Positions 21,650 to 34,902 of a stretch of DNA of 57,311 bases are shown piece after piece. The stretch lies in contig JAUCBJ010007786.1 of NCBI GenBank assembly GCA_032718475.1, positions 1 through 57,311 of the forward strand. Reading direction: 5' to 3'. The notes beneath the pieces were generated by a model. That model worked only from the letters and a program-made list of their open reading frames with translations, did not search any database and was not told where the DNA came from. Source of the DNA: Nemertoderma westbladi. Its lineage: Eukaryota > Animalia > Xenacoelomorpha. Made by a program: the position numbers and the translations under genes. Position 1 is the stretch's first letter; every line of letters starts with the position of its first letter.

Positions 21650-23422
21650 GGTTAAGGCTGCATCTAGGTCCCTGAACAGGCAGTACTCTGTTAATCTACA
21701 GGAGCTAATAAACCATCAGGTTGATGCCATCAATGATGCTGACGACAGCAGGCAATCATCCCAGGCATGGAAATCGATCAACTTGCTTACTGGTCGGAAA
21801 AGCCAACCAACCACCAAGGTCAAGGCTGAATCGCCAGCCGATCGCCTCAATGGTTGGAAGGCCCACTTTGAAATGCTCCTCAATAATGACAGGGTATTGC
21901 CTGATAACTTTATAGAAGTAAAAGTGTCTGAATCTGTACTCCCAGATATTCCCATTGGCGATATCTCCTTTGCAGAAGTGAAGGCTGCTGCAAGGAGCAT
22001 TAAGACCAATCATGCCAGTGGAGTAGATGGTGTTCCCCCTGAGGTCTTTAAAATAACTGAGTGTTTAAAGCTCATCTATCCCATCATAGTAGACATGTAC
22101 CGAACAACAAGAGTCCCACAAGAAATGAAAACAAATAAGTTGGTGCCAGTTCCCAATCAGAATGGGTTCCATAAAGGTCGTGGGACTATGTAGCCCATTT
22201 TGGCACTTAGAAGGATAATTGAAGAGTTATCAAAAAAGAAAGACAGGCATCTGGCTGTTATCTTTGTTGACTTCTTCAAGGCCTTTGATTCAGTCTCTCG
22301 CTCACGTATGTTCAGCATACTTTTATTATATGGGATTCCTGATGAAATTATTGCAGCAATCAGATCAGTATACGATGGTTCGACAACATTAGTGTCTACT
22401 GTTGACGGTGACACAGAACCATTTGAAGTGTTATGGGGCGTCCTCCAGGGAGACACACTTGCACCATTCTTGTTCATAATTGTGGTTGACTATGTTCTAC
22501 GCATGTCCTTAGATCATCATAATGATGATGGGGTGATGATAACTCCACCTACTGGCTCCAGAAGTCGAGGTAATCCTGCCAAGTACCTAACTGATCTAGA
22601 CTTTGCTGATGACTTAGGAGTACTCTCAGAATCACTAGAGGGAGCCCAACGGCTCCTCAGCTCATTAGAACATGCTGCTTCTAGTGTTGGTCTTTTTATT
22701 AACTCCAGAAAGACCAAAGGTTTGACAGTTAACTTTGAAAGTCCTCAGCAAGTCTCTGGTCGGATGAGCATAAGCTCAAAAGATGGTATGCTTGAGCATG
22801 TGGATGACTTATGTTACCTGGGATCATGGATCCGGAAGTCAGGTGAGGACCTTCGAATACGTAAGGGAAAGGCATGGGCAGCCTTGAATAGGCTTTCCAG
22901 GATTTGGAAGTCACCGAGAATTTAAAAAAAATTAAGGTCCGATTATTTAGAGCAGCAGTAGTTCCAGTACTCCTCTATGGGAGTCCATGCTGGGCTCTAA
23001 CTGCTGAGGACACCAAATCTCTGGACGGCACATTCACAAGAATGCTACGCCGGGTTCATTTTGTCAAGTACAATGCACATATCTCCAACCACACACTATA
23101 TAACTTTGGAGGTGTCTCATTGGTTCCCCCAAGCTTGATACTAGAACAAAATCGCCTCCGCTTTGCAGGACATTGCTTTCGCCGCGAGGACCAGCCAGTG
23201 CATAATCTTGTACTTTGGCAGCCTCATGGAGTGAATAAGCATGGTGGACAGCCCATGACTTTCTTGAGACGCATCTTAAAGGACACTGGCCTTGAAGATG
23301 CGGATGATCTAGCAAATGTCATGGGTGATAGGGAGTTGTGGCGGTGGAATTTTGTCGATAAGCCGGCACAGCATTCTTAAAAATGCAGCTGCAATGCAGC
23401 ATGCCGATCCTAGTAGTAGTAG
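21650..23422 (+). mobile_element. 5'-truncated, degenerate RTE-clade LINE
   Basis: FVDFFKAFDS, GVLQGDTLAPFLF, LDFADD, YLGS; stop, frameshift and deletion; (TAG)n tail. Confidence 0.9.
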
Positions 23423-23479
23423 ATTGCCATTTCACGAACTGGAGGAGCACCATAGAATTTCCATTGACAACCTGTCAAG

Positions 23480-24298
23480 TTGTGTCCATCAAGGTGACGA
23501 TTGGACTTGTAGTGTAGAGGACTTCCTTTTGTGTCCATCAAGTTGACGATTGGACTGTAGTGTAGAGGACTTCCTTTTGTGTCCATCAAGCTGACGATTG
23601 GACTTGTGGTGTAGAGGACTTCCTTTTGTGTCCATCAAGCTGACGATTGTACTTGTAGTGTAGAGGACTTCCTTTTCAGTCCATCAAGGTGACGATTGGA
23701 CTTGTAGTGTAGAGGACTTCCTTTTATGTCCATCAAGGTGACGATTGGACTTGTAGTGTAGAGGACTTCCTTTTGAGTCCATCAAGGTGACGATTGGACT
23801 TGTGTTGTAGAGGACTTCCTTTTGAGTCCATCAAGGTGACGATTGGACTTGTAGTGTAGAGGACTTCCTTTTGTGTCCATCAAAGTGACGATTGGACTTG
23901 TAGTGTAGAGGACTTCCTTTTGAGCCCATCAAGGTGACGATTGGACTTGTAGTGTAGAGGACTTCCTTTTGAGTCCATCAAGGTGACGATTGGACTTGTG
24001 TTGTAGAGGACTTCCTTTTGAGTCCATCAAGGTGACGATTGGACTTGTAGTGTAGAGGACTTCCTTTTGTGTCCATCAAAGTGACGATTGGACTTGTAGT
24101 GTAGAGGACTTCCTTTTGAGCCCATCAAGGTGACGATTGGACTTGTAGTGTAGAGGACTTCCTTTTGAGCCCATCAAGGTGACGATTGGACTTGTAGTGT
24201 AGAGGACTTCCTTTTGAGTCCATCAAGGTGACGATTGGACTTGTAGTGTAGAGGACTTCCTTTTGAGTCTATCAAGGTGACGATTAGACTTATAGTGA
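23480..24298. repeat. 49-bp minisatellite (CCATCAAGGTGACGATTGGACTTGTAGTGTAGAGGACTTCCTTTTGAGT)
   Basis: About 16-17 contiguous copies with no spacers. Confidence 0.95.
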
Positions 24299-25449
24299 AC
24301 ATGCTAGCAGAACAACTGAAATTTGTTTTGAATTCGAATCAGAATTTATCCTCAAAATTGAGATTTTTTGCTTCTTCGTATTACTAATAATTCTAGCAAT
24401 TTTTCATTGTAAATTTAGCCACCTTTGTTTGATTGATCTGGTTGCACATTGATCTTCAATGAGCTGACACAACGCTCCTTTAGATTGTCAACTGTTTTCA
24501 ACTTGGTAACATCATCATCATATCGGCTGTTGCGTAGGATGCCAAAACGTGTTGGTTGTGATTCACTAAATATATTGGGTCAACTCTTGCGTCAACTCTG
24601 ACAGTTGAAGTTTCTCGGGGTTGAAAATTTATGGAAATTATAAAGATCTTTATCAAGATATTTGTTAAGATTTATTTGCAATTTCTGGTATGTTTTATAT
24701 CAAGTCCTGGACAACTACAGTAGTTGGTAATAGTTAAGTACTCTATCATCTACGTTGGACGATACATCAGTAATGCTATGATATACGGATGTTTTATATG
24801 AATGAATTAAAACCATTGTCTATGGTGGGGTGGCAGTATGCACGCACTGCTGTGGCACTGTTTCTGATGATCAAAACTTGACCCAATGAACTGCTTCAAA
24901 TATTCCCAATCTGAGTGAGGTACTCAGGATTGGGTACTACAATTTCGGCTGGAATTACCAGGATGCTCATCACCATTGATCAAGAAATTTTGAATAACGA
25001 ATACTTTAAGAACTCTTTGGATAACCAGCTAGTCCCAGGAGATCTGCTACCAGAGGACATCTTAGATAGATGCGGCTTTCATTGAATTAATATACGATTT
25101 GGCGCAACCTTATTCTATTTAATGAATTACACCATATTCTGGAACATTTTGTTTATTTAATGTAACCACTCGGGTCAAGCGCGATCGTATCCAGAATTAT
25201 TTTAATATTGTCTAATTATAGACTGCACTGTGATTTTATATAAAGTAACTTTAGGTCTATATCTCTTATATTGTGACTGCGGTCTTTTTCCTGCGGATAT
25301 CTTACTCCGTACGTTTTCGATTTGGTTACTTTACATTGCATAAATTTCCCATATGAACTCCATTTTGGATACTAAATTATCTTTCGAAACATTGTTACAT
25401 TAGACACCTATGGAACATAGTGTGAGTGATCCACTAAACTTTCTTTCAG

Positions 25450-25702
25450 TTGTGCGCTATTGATAGATCGAAGAACGTTATGTTCCCTGTGGATCCGAAT
25501 GCTGAGGTGGGTGATGTGTTCGGTATGAGACCAAATTCTGATCTGAGTTTCTACGATTTAAAACGGGCGAACCTGATGTATCGGTGCGACGAGAACTGCG
25601 GCCCAGATAAACCGATATGCGAAGAGCCCGGGTTCCTCACCACCGATTGCGTATGTAAATGTCCTCCCAGAGTTGAAAACTGCAACTTTGTACCCAAAGA
25701 AC
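25450..25702 (+). CDS. Astacin exon: end of the catalytic domain plus an EGF-like Cys-rich module
   Basis: LSFYDLKRANLMYRC then C..PGF....C.CKCP; tttcag acceptor, gttagt donor. Confidence 0.88.
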
Positions 25703-26264
25703 GTTAGTAACTTTGTGATTTAGACGGTGTATAACGAAACGTTACCAATATTTAATAATTTATAATAACAGTATTATGGTACAGTATAACAACTAACATA
25801 CAGTAATTACAAAAGCCAGAATTAGACACTGATGACAATATTGGAATAACTATTGGCAATAAACTGATAAACGGCTAAATAACCTTTAAAATTAAAATAG
25901 GCAAGCAGCTTATTTTCGGCTGGATAACTTCTAGAGTTTTCTTCGTATGGAGCTGATTTTGGGATCATTTGGTTCGAGATATAAAGTTTTTATTCAAATT
26001 TCATCTTTTCAAAATTGAGTTTCAATAATTTAGATTTCGCCATATAATAGAGCAATAATTGCCTGAATCAAAAATGTATGGGTTTACAGTAGAGATTTTT
26101 ATTTCGCGGCAATGGAATAATTACGTTTCATTTAATTGCAACCAAACCTTAGTTTTTCAGAAATAATTATTGGAATCGTAAAGCCCCCCCCCCCCCCCCC
26201 CCCCAGAACTATACTCCCAAGAGAAAACTCACTTAGCTACCATTTAAGGATGCACGGCAAAGAT

Positions 26265-26408
26265 GCGCCCTGACTACAGTAGGTTAGTCTAGTCCCTTTA
26301 ACGCATTCGTGCCGAACTTGCCGGACTTATCTGGACGCATGCGGGGATCGAATCCACGACCTCTGGTGAGATCTGATTCAATACAACCACTACACCAATC
26401 GTGGGACT
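26265..26408 (-). mobile_element. tRNA-derived SINE
   Basis: Minus-strand A box TGGTGTAGTGG and B box GATTCGATCC. The body (TCCCTTTAA.GCATTCGTGCCG) is shared with 32496-32660. Confidence 0.65.
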
Positions 26409-26444
26409 AGAATGTACACCATTTTATGGTATTTCCAAATGCAG

Positions 26445-26604
26445 CATGTATGGATCTGGATATAAAGTGCCCACTTTATCGTCTGTATGCCGGAGGAACA
26501 TGTGACTTTGATACCCTAATCACTGATGTGGAAGAAGGAACGTGTAACGTGACTTGCGGGGTCTGTGAGGCGACAGGAGACGAGAAATGTTTCGACGAAA
26601 TGAC
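26445..26604 (+). CDS. Astacin gene exon: ShK-like domain 1 and start of ShK domain 2
   Basis: CMD...KC..........C..........CNVTCGVC; splice phases 1 and 2 fit the neighbours. Confidence 0.8.
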
Positions 26605-26692
26605 GTTAGTTAATAAAATGTAAAATATACCAATAAAGGAAATATATTAGGTTATATCTTAAGTTATGTAATATATATACTGTATATATACA

Positions 26693-28058
26693 TTAAAGAT
26701 AAAAACGGTGCTATAGATGAGAAATCAAACTATCGGCCCGTTGCTATTTCAACAGCAATAAGTAAGATATTTGAACGTATTTTATTATCTAGAATGCAGT
26801 CTTTCTTAATTTGTAGCGATCACCAATTCTCATATAAGGCAAATAGCGGTACCGAGCTTTGTGTATATACTCTGAAAGAGGTTATTGATTATTACTTAGA
26901 TAATGATTCTCCTATGTATATTTGTTTCTTGGATGCATCTAAAGCATTTGACAGAATAGATCACGATAAACTTTTTCAGAAATTAATAAATAGGAATGTA
27001 CCACTCTATTTGGTGCGTATTTTAGCCTTTTGGTACCGACATCAAACATTACAAGTGCGCTGGGGTGCTACGTATTCCAGAACGTTTGCAGTGTTTAATG
27101 GCGTGAAGCAAGGCGGAATATTATCTGGTTATTTATTTAATGTTTACATGGACGACTTATCCCGTAAACTTATAATGGCTAACGTAGGTTGTTCAATTAA
27201 TGGTCAAAGGATTAATCATACAATGTATGCAGACGACATTGGCTTAATGTCAAATTCACTTATAGGTTTACAAAAGTTAGTTAATGTGTGTCAGGATTAT
27301 GCCATTTCACATTCTATATTGTTTAATTTAAAGAAGACTAAGGTAATGTTTTTGTGCCCGAAATCTTGTAACTTAAGTACAATAGCTCCAATATATTTAT
27401 ACCAGCGTGTTATTTCTAGAACTGATAAATTTACATATTTGGGTCATATAATACACGAATCACGTGATGATGATCTTGACATAAAGAAACAAATAGGTAG
27501 TATGTACGCCCGTACAAATACGTTGTTTAGAAAATTCAGTACCTGTACCGTTGCAGTGAAAGTTCGTTTATTTCTAGCGTTTATAACTCCACTATATTGT
27601 AATGCTCTATGGTCACGTAGGAACTATTCATCTGTTGTCTATAATCGGTTAAGGGTAGCATACAATAATGCAGCAAGAAAGCTATTTTTCATCTCTGTAG
27701 GTTCTAGTATGTCATATTTCTTTGGTTGCAACAATATTCCGTGCTTCATTCATTTACGTTACAAATCAATTCAAAGTTTATTTCGTAGGATAAAATGTTC
27801 CAGTAATTATATTGTAAATGCTGTATATCGTTACACCGCGTTGCATAGTTCTAGAATTTTTGAAATGTGCAATTCCGAAAATCTGTTAATTTAGCGAATT
27901 ATTAGTATTACTAAGTACATACATACATAATCAATTGAATACTTAATATTTAATTATTGTGCTATAACGTAGGTAGACGATATGGGCTGATTGTGCGATT
28001 ATATTATAATATTTTCCATATGTTGCCTGCGGTAAATAAAGAAATAAATAAATAAATA
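26693..28058 (+). mobile_element. 5'-truncated LINE (RTEX/Proto2-like) with open RT frame 26794-27894
   Basis: NYRPVA, FLDASKAFD, GVKQGGILS, YADD, YLG; (AAAT)n tail; similar TATATA.ATTAAAG on both sides as a possible TSD. Confidence 0.88.
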
Positions 28059-28269
28059 TATATATTAAAGTAGGCCTATACTGTATACTACTGTACTACA
28101 GTATTTTCAAAAAGTTGTTATTGGTATTGTGCTAGTCTGGTTCCAAAGATAATTTATTTAAAAAAAAGAAGTGACGGCCCGGCGTGTGTTCGTGTTGTAA
28201 TACTGTATTTATTTTACCAGATATTTTATAGACCTGTACTGTATAGTTGTAAGTGTTTTATAGATAAGT

Positions 28270-29011
28270 AACGGCGATAAGTGGAGAAGTAAAGACGAGG
28301 TCATACCAGATCTACTTTTCTGGCAACCAACGAAGTGGACGACCGGCCATAACATATATAGACCAGCTTGAAAGGATACTGAACTTGGGAGAAACGAAAT
28401 TTCGATAACTATGGAGAATCGGCAAGCCTGGAAGGATCTCATTGCCACTGTTCGAGCTCGCTCGACCTAGTAGTAGTTGGAGAATCAGGAAGCCTGGAAG
28501 GATCTCATTTCCACTGTCCGAGTTCGCTCGACCTAGTAGTAGTAGTTGGAGAATCGGGAAGCCTGGAAGGATCACATTTCCACTGTCCGAGCTCGCTCGA
28601 CCTAGTAGTAGTTGGAGAATCGGGAAGCCTGGAAGGATCTCATTTCCACAGTCCGAGTTCGCTCGACCTAGTAGTAGTTGGAGAATCGGGAACCCTGAAA
28701 GGATCTCATTTCCACTGTCCGAGTTCGCTCGACCTAGTAGTAGTAGTTGGAGAATCGGGAAGCCTGGAAGGATCACATTTCCACTGTCCGAGCTCGCTCG
28801 ACCTAGTAGTAGTTGGAGAATCGGGAAGCCTGGAAGGATCTCATTTCCACAGTCCGAGTTCGCTCGACCTAGTAGTAGTTGGAGAATCGGGAAGCCTGGA
28901 AGGATCTCATTTCCACAGTCCGAGTTCGCTCGACCTAGTAGTAGTTGGAGAATCGGGAAGCCTGGAAGGATCTAATTTCCACTGTCCGAGCTCGCTCGAC
29001 CTAGTAGTAGT
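28270..29011 (+). repeat. RTE LINE 3' end followed by tandem amplification of its terminal 66/69 bp (9 copies)
   Basis: The unit equals the 3' end of the RTE at 51661-52810 (WKDLISTVR.RST* + TAGTAG). Confidence 0.9.
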
Positions 29012-29415
29012 ACAGTAGTAGTGTTATAGAATGTAATGTTATTTTACATTCATGCCCCATCACTACCTACCTACTATAAAACCGGCGCATAGTGGATCGC
29101 AGATCGGGTGGCATATGGTGGGCCTACTGTATGTCGCATTACCTACTGTATGTACAGTACAGTAGGTTGTCAGAGTGAGAGTACAGTACGCACCACGTGT
29201 ATCATCCTTCATTCCATCATCGACTTGCATCCCTGCTGCATGGTTATCATCTATCTGCATTTATATATTCAATACATTGCTCCAGGTAGAATGTTACATT
29301 ATACAGTACTTGGCTGAGACTGGAATATGTGTGAGTGGCTAATGCGCCAACGTACTAGACCGCAATAGTATAAGTAAATACTGTAGTTAACAATATATTT
29401 ATAAACAATATACAG

Positions 29416-29651
29416 GGCATGTGGTTATTGGGCCTCACATAATGAGTGCACTAATAACCCGAACTACATGTTATTATACTGCCGCGAATCATGCGGTGCT
29501 TGTATCCCCGTCGACCCGGAGCACCCGCTCTCGGTGCCTCCGTGCGACGGGTTCACTTGCGCAACGTCCGGGCGGTGTATCCCAGCAGTAGCAGAGGCCG
29601 ACGGCAATGATGATTGTGGCGATAACTCAGATGAGATGATAGAGAGTGCAC
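29416..29651 (+). CDS. Astacin gene exon: ShK domain 2 and LDL-receptor class A repeat 1
   Basis: CGYWASHNECTNNPNYMLLYCRESCGAC; FTCATSGRCIP....DGNDDCGDNSDE. Confidence 0.9.
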
Positions 29652-29960
29652 GTGCGTATAAATTATATAGAATATTGGAATAGGTTACCCTACAGTAGTA
29701 AACGAATCCGTTACGCACAGATATCCTTAAAAGTGAGTAAAATTCTACAGTGAGTAAAATGATCATGTAATAAAATGATATAATGCCATCAAAAAGTCAC
29801 GGTACTAAATTCATTTAATGACTTACTGTAATGTAAATCTTTATTTTACTCAACGGATGTTTAAGTAACAACACCATTCACGTTTTGCTATAATGTACTG
29901 TACGCAAGACTTAAAATCTCAAATGCATTTTTTGGGATTATTTTTAAATTTATCTTTTAG

Positions 29961-30179
29961 CTTCAACAATATTTCCATTTTTTATGTGCAACAATTTTGC
30001 CAAGGTGCCTCCGTCAGCACTTTGTAACGGTGTGAACGACTGCTGGGATGGTAGCGACGAAATGAGATGCGAAATGGATGAAGAAAAGGGAAAGAACATG
30101 AAGTTATGTGGCAACGGTGAACGGATGCATTTGTGTAACGGGGTGGCTAACTGTAACGATAACGAGGACGAAAAGTACT
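29961..30179 (+). CDS. Astacin gene exon: LDLa repeats 2-3
   Basis: LCNGVNDCWDGSDE..C and LCNGVANCNDNEDE..C; ttttag acceptor, gtgagt donor. Confidence 0.88.
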
Positions 30180-30734
30180 GTGAGTAAATACAGTAACAAA
30201 TTCATAAAATTATAATAAATAATAAAACTAAATCAGCCATTACCATTAGAATGTGTTTATCTCGTATCTGTAGGCCTATGTAATGATGCCGATAGGGCCT
30301 ACTCAGTACAAACTCCATTCAGATTTTCCTTTCATCGAGCCTTTCACGCCAATTACAATATTAACATAATAGAATATGAATTTTTTTCGAAATTTTCTGC
30401 TCTTTTGTTTTTCCAAATCGTTTATTGTTTTGGTTCCTTCTGGCTACCACTGTAACCCGCTCCTTTACTTTTAAATTTTTTTGTGATTTGTTGTGATTCT
30501 GTAATCAACATTCAGGAGGGTCCCTTGTATCCGCCGAGTGCCGTAGTTTACTAGCTACTACTTTTTAATGTTAGTGTGTGAAGTGATTCTAGGATATTTC
30601 GAATTATTTTTTTTGTTAAATAATGTTCTAGAGCATATTATTTTTTGTTCTAGAACATTTTTAAAAAATTATATATATTTTTTTTTTAATTTTTTTGTAT
30701 AATTAACATATATATCTAGTAATTTTATGGGTTA

Positions 30735-31508
30735 TGGCGCGTTAGGACCTGGTGCTTTAGGTCCGGGTAGCATTAGGTCCACGCAGGAGGTAAAGGAGCT
30801 GGTTACAGAGGCGAGTTGCAAGGAACCAAAACAATAAACGAGAGTTAGGAATATTGTAGAATAGATAAATAGAGAATCAACAGTCAGATATATGCTATAG
30901 GACCTAATGATACATGACTTAATGCACCAGGACCTAAAGCTACATGACCTAACGCTACAGGACCTAAAACGCCAGGACATAAAGCTAAATGACCTAACGC
31001 TACAGGACCTAAAGCTACGGGGCCTAATTAATGCGTCAGGACCTAAAGCTACGGGACCTAAAGCTACGGACCTAATTAATGCGTCAGGACCTAAAGCTAC
31101 GGGACCTAAAGCTACGGACCTAAAGCTACGGGACCTAAAGCTACGGACCTAAAGCTACGGGACCTTAAGCTACGGACCTAATGCTACAGGACCTAAAGCT
31201 ACGGGACCTTAAGCTACGGACCTAAAGCTACGGACCTAATTAATGCGTCAGGACCTAAAGCTACGGACCTTAAGCTACGGACCTAATGCTACAGGACCTA
31301 AAGCTACGGGACCTAATGCTACAGGACCTAAAGCTACGGGACCTAAAGCTACGGACCTAAAGCTACGGGACCTAAAGCTACGGACCTAATGCTACAGGAC
31401 CTAAAGCTACGGGACCTTAAGCTACGGACCTAAAGCTACGGACCTAATTAATGCGTCAGGACCTAAAGCTACGGACCTTAAGCTACGGACCTAATGCTAC
31501 AGGACCTG
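30735..31508. repeat. 14/15-bp minisatellite (GGACCTAAAGCTAC[G]) with a few inverted units at the left end
   Basis: Array 30900-31508; reverse units TAGGTCC at 30757-30780. Confidence 0.88.
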
Positions 31509-31699
31509 TTAGTCGTACAGTTTGGATATAGAAGTCACCGCGAGTACTGTAGCAGAGCGAGTAGGGTAGTTATGTATTGTAGACGTTTTCCTAAAAATAA
31601 GTTTTATAAAGTAGTTGGCATGGTAAGTTATTAATGGTGGAACTTACGTCGTACATAAGTAGGCCCTAGTCCTACTTGTTGCTTGTAAAGTAAGTCTAG

Positions 31700-34262
31700 T
31701 GGAAAAATAGAGAGAGATTTATAAAAATAGGGTTAGCCATGGAATACTAAATATAGATATATATTGATGTATATATGTATATTTAGTATTCCATGGGTTA
31801 GCTGAGGATTGGTAGTGGTTGAAAGTAATGCATCTGTGTAAATTATTAATTTTAATTGGTTTAAGATAATTAAAATAGGTACTACCCCATAGAAGAATGG
31901 GGTAGTTCTTTTGTACGGTATAACCGTACAAAAGGTGTTAAGGGTGTATTAGAGAGTAATAGAGTTGTCTGAAGATATGTAGGGGAAATATATGACGCAG
32001 TTTGTAGAAAATGCCAGTTGATTTATACATTTTTATTAAATATAGTCAATGTGATGTTTCCAATTTAATTTATTATCAACATAAACTCCTAACAATGTTG
32101 TGCTATTAGTAATGCTTGTTATATTATTATTTATTTTGAGAGAAGGTAAATCTGCGGCTGCGGGCTGTTGCAATAGGTTGGAAAACAGGGAAGCCTCAGT
32201 TTTTTTGAGATTTAAAGAAAGACAATTGTCTATTAGCCAGTCAACGATTTTTGTTAGTTCTAGATTAATAATATTGACAAGATTATTTAGATTAGAGTCA
32301 GACTGATACAGTGTGGTGTCGTCTGCAAATAGCGTAGCTAGTACGGAAGTAGCGTTAGGGGGAGGTCATTAATATATATTAAAAATAGAATAGGGGAAAT
32401 AATTCCTCCCTGGGGCAAGCCACATACTAGCGGTATTAAAGAGGAGCAGTATATGTCTATGGATACATACTGTTGTCGAGATGATAGAAACCTAGTAAAG
32501 TAAATTTTCTTCGGCCGCTAAGCTAGGCCAGGGATGCGCGCTGGCTGGTCCCTTTAAAGCATTCGTGCCGTAACGAAAACTGCCCTGGCCCAAGTGAGGA
32601 TCGAATCCACTACCTACAGGAGATGTGAATTAAACGCAACCACTACACCAAGGTGGAACCTAGGGATTAGTTGAAGTGGGAGACCACGCACACCTGAGTT
32701 TATCTAAACCTATTTTGTGGTTGATAGTATCAAATGCTTTTTTTAAATCTATTTAGATAGTATATGTATTAAGCTTATTTAAATTGTCAAGGGCCTGGTG
32801 TATTTTTTCAATTACGGAAAGTAGAGCGTGTGAGGTAGAAATTCTGGACCGAAAACCGTATTGAGAATTAGAGAGAATTTTATATTTAGATAAATATGAG
32901 AATGAGAGCAGTTGTGAGTTAATTATATGTTCAAATATTTTACTTAGAACTGGAAGAAGTGAGATTGGTCTGAAGTTGTCAGATTCAGAAGGGTCATCAG
33001 ATTTGTAAGAGGGAATGACTTTAGCTATTTGGAGCGAACTCGTGAAGAAACCTAGTTTAATAGAGAGATTGATTAAACTGCTAAGATATATAGATAATGG
33101 CTTAGCCGCTAGGAGTAATAGCTTAGTTGGAAATGAGTCATTAGTTGCGGTTTTAGGGTTTAACTGTAGCAGTAGGTATTCCACTTCCACGGGGGTAGTT
33201 TCAGCAAGAGAGGAAGAGTTCGGACGTCGGTTGGAGTTAGGAATGAAACGGAGTTGGGAACGATTATATGATGGGATTTCTCTATTTGGTTTAGGGCCTA
33301 CGGTAGATAAATGGTTATATAAAATGTTGGCTATTTTGGTGGGGTCTCTAGTGGTTTCAATTGTATTTCCGTTACGAGTAAGTAGTCATTTGTTTTGGAA
33401 TGGTAAGTTTTTTTGATATATTTAGGGCGGAATTTATTATTAGCCATGTCTTTCGAATATTTTTAGAATTTATTTCAAATTGATTACAATAGTATTGTTT
33501 TTCGGCAGCTCTCAAAATATTGAAGTTAATTTATTTCTGTAGCGTTTGTAGTTATTAAAATTAGTTTCTGTCGGATGTTTTAAGTATTCCCGGTATAGCC
33601 TATTTTTATTTAGAGTACTAGATAGTAAAGCATCTGACATCCAGGGTTTATTTGGGTGTTTTCGCGGGGGTACATTAATTTTTGGAACGTGTTTTTTGCA
33701 AATATTTTGAAAGTCGTTACGAAAAGCGTCAAACTTATTTGTATCCGGGATGTGGGGAGAATTGTATGTCCAAGAAGTGGGCGATTTGATATCCTGTAAA
33801 AAAATTTGTGGATTAAAGTTGGAATAATCAAAGACTGTAATGTTTTTGATTTTGTTAAAATAGCAAGAGTAGTTTTGGAGAAAAGTAAAGGTTGGCTGGT
33901 GGTCGGAGGTCCCTATTTTGACACGAAAAGTTCCAGATTTAGTTACTGAAGTCGTAATATTTGTTATTATGTGGTCAATACATGAATTGGTCCATGGGGT
34001 CACACGTGTAGGTTCGTTGACTAACTGAATGAAACCGTAAGAATTTAGTAAGTTTATGTATTCCATAGGATTATCTTTAGAGTTAGAGAGTAGATTAATA
34101 TTATAATCATGTAGTGTCTCCAGTAATAATGACGTCAGACTGTCAGAGCGAGTATTAGCTAGTTTAGATAGGGATGAATCTAGTAGAGAGAGGAAGTGGT
34201 CCCATTGTATTGCTTGAGTACGGTATAGAGTTCCTACAAATAGAGGTATTATGACGTCATGG
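31700..34262 (-). mobile_element. Degenerate CR1/L2-like LINE (APE + RT remnants)
   Basis: PTRV...SCIDHI..SDH (APE); AKVIP.YK...NFRPISLLP..SKIFE; DLKKAFDTI; LFADD; many frameshifts. Confidence 0.88.
32496..32660 (-). mobile_element. tRNA-derived SINE nested in the LINE
   Basis: A/B boxes on the minus strand; AACCTAG repeated on both sides; interrupts the RT frame. Confidence 0.7.
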
Positions 34263-34753
34263 AGAACTTCTGATAAAAAAAATATAAAAAAAATTAATCA
34301 ATGACTGCAGTTACTGTAGTTGTTGTAGCACTTACAAGCTGCAGGCTTACTTACTGCTACCTACCCCGTACTTCTACAATGCCCCACTACTTATTGATAT
34401 TATCACTCTAATGCATTTTATTATTGACATTAGAACCACCTAATTCAAGCGCTTTCTTATTGGTCGAATATTCAAATATTTTAATCGTCCAATCAGAGAC
34501 TCGACTGCTTGAAATTAGGACGTTCTAACACCTCCTAATTAGTACTGTCATTGTGTGACTGTAGGCCTAGTAATTCTGTAGTTGTACCGGTAGTGCAGTA
34601 GTCTAGTCAGGTAGCGGTTCCTTGTACAGTTGTACTTCTACCAGTCTACTGTACAGTCTGACAGTTGTAGTACAGTACTGCAGTAGGCCTATTTAACATA
34701 GGACTGTCAGACTGTAGGAAGTCCCTGAGTGTATTATTCTAATATTTTATTAG

Positions 34754-34902
34754 GTTGTAACGTGGTCAATAGCCTCAAACCTGATGTTTTCGAGTGCCCA
34801 AATTCGTTGTGTATTCTATCTTCTTGGGTTTGCAACGGAATTGCTGATTGCCGACCTGTTGATGGTGTTGGTGGTGGTGAAGATGAACTCAACTGTCCAT
34901 AA
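34754..34902 (+). CDS. Astacin gene terminal exon: LDLa repeat 4 and stop
   Basis: [21 protein letters not shown]......GEDELNCP*; phase 1 fits the previous exon. Confidence 0.85.

Noticed and set aside
24300-25100. Coding-like decayed sequence
   Set aside because: Only short frames and no recognisable motif.
26265-26408. tRNA gene (also 32496-32660, 45488-45559)
   Set aside because: A/B boxes are present but there is no good cloverleaf; a shared non-tRNA body and an apparent TSD indicate SINEs.
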